Assembly: GCA_963847705.1 (NCBI GenBank)
Contig: CAWKBC010000030.1
Location: forward strand, 352,001-416,000
Length of the DNA: 64,000 nucleotides
Source: an uncultured Pseudomonadota bacterium
GTDB lineage: Bacteria; Myxococcota_A; Polyangia; Fen-1088
Direction: 5' to 3'
A program made the translations under genes and the position numbers. How positions within the stretch are numbered: the first letter of the stretch is position 1; each line of letters starts with the position of its first letter. Under the pieces are notes generated by a model that worked only from the letters and a program-made list of their open reading frames with translations, did no database searches and was not told the origin of the DNA. Of the stretch, positions 58,150-64,000 are shown piece by piece.

Positions 58150-59915
58150 GCCTGGTCGGCGTCGGCGCGTCGCCCGGCATCGCCATCGGCGTCGCCCACG
58201 TCCTCGCCAGCCGCGTCGACATCCACGAACGCCGGATCGCCGCCGATCAGGTCGAGGTCGAGATCCAGCGCTTCGAGCAGGCGCTGCTGGACACTGACGA
58301 GCAGCTGGCCCGCATCCAGACCCAGCTGGCGGCGACCGAGGGGGACGATCACCAGTACCGCATCCTGGAGGCGCACCGGCTGATGCTGTCGGACGTCCAC
58401 CTGGTCGAGCGCGCCCGCCGCATGATCCGCGAGGAGAAGACGGCGGCCGAGTGGGCGGTGCGCAAGTCGCTCGACCAGATCCAGGCGGTGTTCGAGAAGA
58501 TCGAGGACCCCTACTTCCGCGACCGCAAGAGCGACGTGGCGCTGGTCGGAGAGCGCCTGCTGCGCACGCTGGTGGGGCGCCGGGAGTCGGTGTCGGCCGA
58601 GCACGCGCCCAAGGGGAGCATCGCCGTGGCGCACGAGCTGTCGCCGGCGGACGCCGCGCAGCTCGGTCGCGCCGAGGCCGCCGGCTTCTGCACCGAAGGG
58701 GGGGGCCGCACCTCCCACACCGCCATCGTGGCCCGGGCGCTGGGGCTCCCCTACGTCGTCGGCGTCGAGGGGCTCGGGCACAAGGTCTGGTCGGGGATGA
58801 CGATGGTCATCGACGGCCTCCGCGGGGAGGTGATTCTGGATCCCGACGCCGAGGCGTTGCGGCGGTACGAGGCGCGCGCCGACGTTCACCGGGCGCGGGC
58901 GCAGCGGCTGGCCGCGATCCGCGACGTCCCCTCCAACACCACCGACGGCACGGTGGTCCACCTGCACGCCAACGTGGAGATGCTGGAGGAGATCCCCATC
59001 GCCGTCGATCTGGGGGCCGAATCGGTGGGGCTGTTCCGCACCGAGTTCCTCTACCTCGAACGCAGCGAGCTGCCGTCGGAGGACGAGCAGTACGCGCACG
59101 CCGTGGCGGCGCTGCGCAGCGTGGGCGGCAGACCGATCACCTTCCGCACGCTGGATCTGGGCGGTGACAAGCTGCCCCCTTCGGTGCGCATGCCGGTGGG
59201 GACCAACCCGGCGATGGGGCTGCGGTCGATCCGCTACTCGCTCCGGCGCACCGACGTCTTCATGATCCAGCTCCGGGCGCTCCACCGCGCCGCCGCCGTG
59301 GGACCGATGCAGATCCTGCTGCCGCTGATCTCGGGCGTGGCGGAGCTGCGCGCCACCAAGCAGCTCTGCCTGCAGGCGGTCGAGGACCTGAAGCGCGAGG
59401 GGATCCCCCACGTGGCCAAGGTCCCGCTGGGCGTCATGATCGAGACGCCCAGCGCCGCGTTGATCGCCGATCTCCTGGCCGCCGAGTGCGACTTCCTCAG
59501 CATCGGCACCAACGATCTCATTCAGTACACGCTGGCCGCCGATCGCGAGGACGAGCACGTCGGTTACCTCTACCACCCGCTCCACCCGGCCATCCTGCGC
59601 GCGGTCCGCCAGACCGTGGTGGGCGCCGAGCGGATGGGCAAACCGGTGGCGATGTGCGGCGACATGGCGGGCGATCCGATCCTGGCCTGGGTTCTCATGG
59701 GGCTGGGCCTGCGCAACCTCTCGATGGCGCCGCGCCAGATCCCGGTCGTCAAGTCGATCATCCGCGCGACCCAGATCGCCGACGCCGAGCGGCTCCTGGC
59801 GCAGGCGCTCACCATGTCGACCGAGACCGAGATCGAGGAGCTGGTCTACGGCGCGATGAACCGTCGTTTCCCGCTGGAGCTGACCGACGGCGAAGAGGAC
59901 CAACCGGCCGGGTGA
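58143..59915 (+). CDS. ptsI: PTS enzyme I
   Basis: GGRTSHTAIVAR, GLFRTEFL, RTLDLGGDK, SIGTNDL, CGDMAGD. Confidence 0.95.
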   Translation: MERLVGVGASPGIAIGVAHVLASRVDIHERRIAADQVEVEIQRFEQALLDTDEQLARIQTQLAATEGDDHQYRILEAHRLMLSDVHLVERARRMIREEKTAAEWAVRKSLDQIQAVFEKIEDPYFRDRKSDVALVGERLLRTLVGRRESVSAEHAPKGSIAVAHELSPADAAQLGRAEAAGFCTEGGGRTSHTAIVARALGLPYVVGVEGLGHKVWSGMTMVIDGLRGEVILDPDAEALRRYEARADVHRARAQRLAAIRDVPSNTTDGTVVHLHANVEMLEEIPIAVDLGAESVGLFRTEFLYLERSELPSEDEQYAHAVAALRSVGGRPITFRTLDLGGDKLPPSVRMPVGTNPAMGLRSIRYSLRRTDVFMIQLRALHRAAAVGPMQILLPLISGVAELRATKQLCLQAVEDLKREGIPHVAKVPLGVMIETPSAALIADLLAAECDFLSIGTNDLIQYTLAADREDEHVGYLYHPLHPAILRAVRQTVVGAERMGKPVAMCGDMAGDPILAWVLMGLGLRNLSMAPRQIPVVKSIIRATQIADAERLLAQALTMSTETEIEELVYGAMNRRFPLELTDGEEDQPAG

Positions 59916-60403
59916 GCCCTCCCGGGCAGGTCGCGGTGCGCGCGGCGCGCCCCGAGGACTGGCTGGCCGTCCAGTCCTTGCTGCGCGAGCTCGACGAGCT
60001 GCACGCCGAGCTGGTCCCGGCCTACTTCCGGCCAGCCACGCGCACCGAGCCCGAATGGCGGCGCCTGCTCGGCGATGCGGCGGCGCTGGCGCTGGTCGCC
60101 CTCGACGAGGTGGCCGGAAGCCCCGCGCCGGTCGGATTCCTGTCGCTGCGGGTCTACGACACGCCGACCGATCCGACGATGGTGCCGCGCCGGCGCGGCC
60201 ACGTCGAGACGCTGATCGTCGGCGCCCGCCAGCGCCGGCGCGGGATCGGACGGGGACTCCTCACCACCGCGGCCGAGTGGGCGCGCGCGCGCGGCGCGGC
60301 CGAGATGGTGCTGACCACCTGGGTCGGCAACGCGGAGGCCGACGCGTTCTACGAAAGGCTCGGCTACCGGGTCCTCTCGCGCGTGCTGCACGCCAAGCTC
60401 TGA
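59912..60403 (+). CDS. GNAT acetyltransferase
   Basis: RRRGIGRGLL, N..A.AFYERLGY. Confidence 0.85.
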   Translation: MSPPGQVAVRAARPEDWLAVQSLLRELDELHAELVPAYFRPATRTEPEWRRLLGDAAALALVALDEVAGSPAPVGFLSLRVYDTPTDPTMVPRRRGHVETLIVGARQRRRGIGRGLLTTAAEWARARGAAEMVLTTWVGNAEADAFYERLGYRVLSRVLHAKL

Positions 60404-60421
60404 CGAAGGGCGGTCAGGCCT

Positions 60422-61228
60422 TCAGGCAGCGGGGGACGGGCGGCGGGCGGCGCCGGCGCGGCGGGCCCAGATGAGATAGAGCAGCGGTGCGCCGAGCAGC
60501 GAGTAGGAGAGGGCGTGACCGACGCGGCCGTCGGGCCCGAACAGCTCGGTCGCGTCGTGGAACGCTTGCGTCCCCTTGATGACGCCGCTCTCCGCCAGCT
60601 CGTGGACGCCGTAGATGACCAGCTGGAGAAGGAACAGACCGAGGAACAGCGCCGTCACCTTGAGGATCACGCCCAGGTTCAGGCGCCGCCCGTAACGCGT
60701 CCATCCCCAGGCGACCACCGCCGCGCAGATGAGGCCCAAGACGGCCCCGACCACCACCAGGATGGCCTGCGAACGCACCTCGGCGGCCCGCAGCGCCAGC
60801 GCCTGCACACCGAGGAAGAACACCGCCTCCAGCCCCTCCCGGGTGACCAGCAGCGCGGTCACCAGCGCCACGCCGGCGATCGCCCGCAGCGACGGCTGCG
60901 CGCCCGCCGCTCCTGGCCCGGTCATCCGGTCGACGCGCGCCTCGATCTCCGCGCGCATGTGGCGGCCGGCGCGCAGCATCTGCGCCAGCAAGAGGCCGAC
61001 CACCACGGCCGCGGTCAGTGCGGCGATCCCCTCGTAAAGCGGCTGGTTGGGGACCTGCAGCCAGAGCCAGGCGCCGGCCGTGCAGCTCACCAGCGAGAGC
61101 GCCAGTCCGATCTTCACCCCACGCACGAGGCCTGGGCGCTGGCTCTTCTTGAGGTAGGCGATCACCACGCCCACGATCAAGAACGATTCGATCCCTTCTC
61201 GGAAGGTGACCAGCAGCGCCTGCAGCAT
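60422..61228 (-). CDS. FTR1/EfeU iron permease
   Basis: Two RExxE motifs (FREGIE, TREGLE). Confidence 0.88.
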   Translation of the reverse strand: MLQALLVTFREGIESFLIVGVVIAYLKKSQRPGLVRGVKIGLALSLVSCTAGAWLWLQVPNQPLYEGIAALTAAVVVGLLLAQMLRAGRHMRAEIEARVDRMTGPGAAGAQPSLRAIAGVALVTALLVTREGLEAVFFLGVQALALRAAEVRSQAILVVVGAVLGLICAAVVAWGWTRYGRRLNLGVILKVTALFLGLFLLQLVIYGVHELAESGVIKGTQAFHDATELFGPDGRVGHALSYSLLGAPLLYLIWARRAGAARRPSPAA

Positions 61229-61327
61229 TCTCGGGGCGGACTATAGCACCTGATTTTGCGGTTCATTCTCATTTCCGGCCCGGCGGGGAAGTCGCCGTGC
61301 GTGGTACTGTCGCGCCCAGGAGGTCGC

Positions 61328-62197
61328 ATGCGACGAACGACGGTGATCGCCGCGCTTGGGCTGGCGCTGCTGGGCTCCACGCCGGCGCGCGCCGACGAGG
61401 CCGCGGGGCACTACAACCTGGCGCTGCAGTACAAACGCGAAGGGAACACCACGGCCGCCATCGGCGAGTGCGAAACCGCCGTCAAGCTGCGCCCCGATTA
61501 TGCCGCGGCCCACTTCACGCTGGGCAACCTCTATCGCGCGCAGGGCGATTACGCCCGGGCGGCCGGCGAGTACGAGAAGACCGTCAAGCTGCAGCCCAAG
61601 GACGCGGACGCGCACGCCAACCTGGGCGCGGCCTACGCGCGGCTCAAGCGGCTCGACGAGGGGATCCGCGAGCTGGAGACGGCGCTCGACCTCAAGCCCG
61701 ACGACTACGAGGCCCAGCTGTCGCTCGGCTTCGCCTACAAGCAGCAGGGGGACTACAAGCACGCCATCGAACATCTGCAGAAGGCCACCGAGCTCAAGCC
61801 CGACGATCCCCAGGGCTGGACCAACCTGGGCGTCGCGAAGTCGAAGACCGACGACAAGGAGGGGGCGATCGTCGCGCTCAAGAAGGCGCTCGCGCTCAAG
61901 CCGGACGACGCCGACCTGCACTTCGATCTCGGCGTGGTCTACCGCCGGCAGCGGAACACCGACGCGGCGATCTCCGAGTACCAGGTCGCGGTCCAGAAGA
62001 ACCCCAAGCTGGCCAAGGCCTACTACGACCTGGGGATCATGTACTCCCAGGAGCGGAAGAATCCCGAGGCGCGGGCGGCGTTCGAGAAGTACCTCGAGTA
62101 CGGCTCGCAGGAGGACCCGGCCTCCCGCAAGGACGCCGAAGAACGCCTGAAGACCTACAAGGGCTACTCCGACGGCCAGGCCGCCCAGGACAAGTAG
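61328..62197 (+). CDS. Secreted tetratricopeptide-repeat protein
   Basis: Signal peptide and tandem TPRs (AHFTLG, AHANLG, GWTNLG, AYYDLG). Confidence 0.9.
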   Translation: MRRTTVIAALGLALLGSTPARADEAAGHYNLALQYKREGNTTAAIGECETAVKLRPDYAAAHFTLGNLYRAQGDYARAAGEYEKTVKLQPKDADAHANLGAAYARLKRLDEGIRELETALDLKPDDYEAQLSLGFAYKQQGDYKHAIEHLQKATELKPDDPQGWTNLGVAKSKTDDKEGAIVALKKALALKPDDADLHFDLGVVYRRQRNTDAAISEYQVAVQKNPKLAKAYYDLGIMYSQERKNPEARAAFEKYLEYGSQEDPASRKDAEERLKTYKGYSDGQAAQDK

Positions 62198-62292
62198 CCG
62201 CCCCTCCTGATCGAGGGTGGTGCTCGAAGCCGATCAGGGGCCAATCGAGGGGCGGTCCTGGGAGGTCGGGCGAACGGAGAGCCGGAGCGCTC

Positions 62293-64000
62293 TTAGAACT
62301 TCACGCCCATGGTGATCCTGAGGATCTGGGCGGCGCTGGCGTTGGCGGCGTCCTGGCCCCAGGTGGCCAGGGGGCGGTCGAGCGCGGCCAGCGGCCAGAA
62401 GACGCCCCAGGTGACGCCGGCGTAGAACCCCTCGGCGGTGTTGCGGTAACCGGCGCTCAGGTCGGTCTCGACGCCATAGAGGAGCGAGTCGCCCGGTGTC
62501 GAGACCTCAACTTGGGCCATGCTGAGGATGGCGCCACCGTTGATGCCGATCGCCCGCGTCCGCCCGAGGTCGAACCAGTAGGCCGCCTGCGGTTTGAAGT
62601 AGGTGGCGTTGGTGACGGTGCCGAGGATGTGCCGGAAGAAGATCTCGTCGACGTGGTAGTCGGGCGAGAAGTGAAAGTCGTTCATGCTGTTGTCGCCGTT
62701 CGGCTGTTGAACGAACCGCCAGCGATAGTTGAGGTACTGGCCCGGATCGTTCGCCTGATCGCCGGTGGCGCCGCCGACCTCGAAGCCGACGAAGAACGAG
62801 TCGTGGAACAGCCGCAGCTCGCTGGCCACCACCCAGCCCGCTTCCGCCAGCTTCAGCTCCGCGTTGTCCTCGGACAGCGCGCCAGGGTGCTGGATGCGCC
62901 CCAGGATGGCGATCCCTTCAGCCTCGATGGTGAGCGCCTTGTAGTAGAGCTTGAACCAGACGTCCGGCGTGAACGAGATGGCGCCGTAGGGAAGAGAGGT
63001 CGGGATCTGGTCGGGCATCAACGGCTGCGGCCCGAAGCCCATGCTGGTGTTGGCCGCGTTCGAGGTGGGGACCGCGTCGATGTTCCCCTGATTCCGGTAG
63101 ACCAACTGCAAGCCGTAGTTGACGACGACGTCGCCGCGATCGATCCGCTCGCGAAGATCGACCGGGTTCTCGATCCGCGCCACCGAGGCCATCAGCTCGA
63201 GGACGTCGTCATCCTGCGAAAGGTCGTAGGGGTAGCCGCTCGGATCGAGGCGGCCCAGCGAGAGCTGCTGGGTGGTGTCCCCCTGCGCGCCCAGGTCCCA
63301 GGCGAACTTCAGCTGGTGCCCGTAGATCGTGGTCATCGCCATGACCCGGTCGACCGTCGTGCCGACGTCGCAGTCGGCGCAGCTGCCGTCGTTGTAGAAG
63401 ATGCCGCGCCCCCAGTTCCAGGGCATCCGTCCGAAGTAGATCGAACCGAACTCGGTGTCGATCTCGGCCCAGGCGCGCTTGGCCACGATGCTGGAGGTGA
63501 AGCCGTTCTGCCCGATCTCGGGCGCATCCTGCGTCTGGGACAGGAAGCCCGAGGGGGCAACGCCCGGCAGCGAGGTGGGCGAGGGGGCCATGCCGTTCGT
63601 CATCGAGGGGGGCGGCGTGTTGAAGCCCTGAATGCCCGCCAGCGAGTCGGGCGTCGATCCCAGGATGGTGTTGTCGAGGACGTCGATCTGGGCGTGGATG
63701 CGCACCTGATCGGTCACGTTCAGCGTGGGCTCGAGGCGGAAGCGGAGGTTCGCGCCGCCGATGTTCTTGTTCCCGCAGTTCGCCGCCGGGGTGCCTGCGG
63801 TCCCGACCAGACCGACGGCGCCAGAGGTGTTCGCCGGCGACGGGCAATCGAGAGGGACGGGGAACGGCGGTAGGCCGTAGTTGGTGGTTCCGTTGACGAC
63901 CGACCCGCTCGGCACGTGCGAGTAGCCGAGGCCGAGGAAGAAGTCGTGCATGTAGTCGTCGCGCAGACGCAGATAGCCGTTGAGCTCGAAGATCTGCATC
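62293..64000 (-). CDS. TIGR04551-like myxobacterial outer-membrane beta-barrel (5' end outside the window)
   Basis: ELNGYLRLR, ANLRFRLEP, GRMPWNWG, F.FSPDYHVD, terminal VKF. Confidence 0.75.
   Translation of the reverse strand, partial: MQIFELNGYLRLRDDYMHDFFLGLGYSHVPSGSVVNGTTNYGLPPFPVPLDCPSPANTSGAVGLVGTAGTPAANCGNKNIGGANLRFRLEPTLNVTDQVRIHAQIDVLDNTILGSTPDSLAGIQGFNTPPPSMTNGMAPSPTSLPGVAPSGFLSQTQDAPEIGQNGFTSSIVAKRAWAEIDTEFGSIYFGRMPWNWGRGIFYNDGSCADCDVGTTVDRVMAMTTIYGHQLKFAWDLGAQGDTTQQLSLGRLDPSGYPYDLSQDDDVLELMASVARIENPVDLRERIDRGDVVVNYGLQLVYRNQGNIDAVPTSNAANTSMGFGPQPLMPDQIPTSLPYGAISFTPDVWFKLYYKALTIEAEGIAILGRIQHPGALSEDNAELKLAEAGWVVASELRLFHDSFFVGFEVGGATGDQANDPGQYLNYRWRFVQQPNGDNSMNDFHFSPDYHVDEIFFRHILGTVTNATYFKPQAAYWFDLGRTRAIGINGGAILSMAQVEVSTPGDSLLYGVETDLSAGYRNTAEGFYAGVTWGVFWPLAALDRPLATWGQDAANASAAQILRITMGVKF

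Overview
High-GC bacterial chromosomal window, most likely Myxococcota. This rests on the TIGR04551-like outer-membrane protein, the TonB-C-fused TonB-dependent receptor and the Gly/Thr-linker lipoproteins. The left part (1-16.5 kb) holds a TBDR-lipoprotein-ExbB-ExbD-TonB operon divergent from a GH12-like lipoprotein, then RibD/DMT genes, a TetR-SDR pair and a GHKL ATPase. The centre (about 17.8-31.4 kb) is an integron-type gene-cassette array of 22 attC sites and 23 cassettes with no IntI in the window. It starts at a candidate attI, its first cassette is split by an IS3 element, and it ends at a decayed phage-type tyrosine recombinase next to tRNA-His and tRNA-Arg. Eight attC sites form an unusually long (153-155 bp) family, each carrying a conserved TGnTACG(C/A)T extended -10-like motif that may act as a built-in relay promoter. 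Much of the cassette cargo looks like immunity or defence genes. The right part is mostly housekeeping: serB, msrB, EncFtn-encapsulin, ampG-like, PhzF, a GH8 lipoprotein, tRNA-Cys, anmK-murQ-dapB-dapA-ribF, pyrG-rpoN-hpf-ptsN-hprK-rapZ-PTS, FTR1 and a TPR protein. Three genes are frameshifted at the same motif (CAGAATC instead of CAGATC). All calls come from reading motifs by eye; no searches were run.
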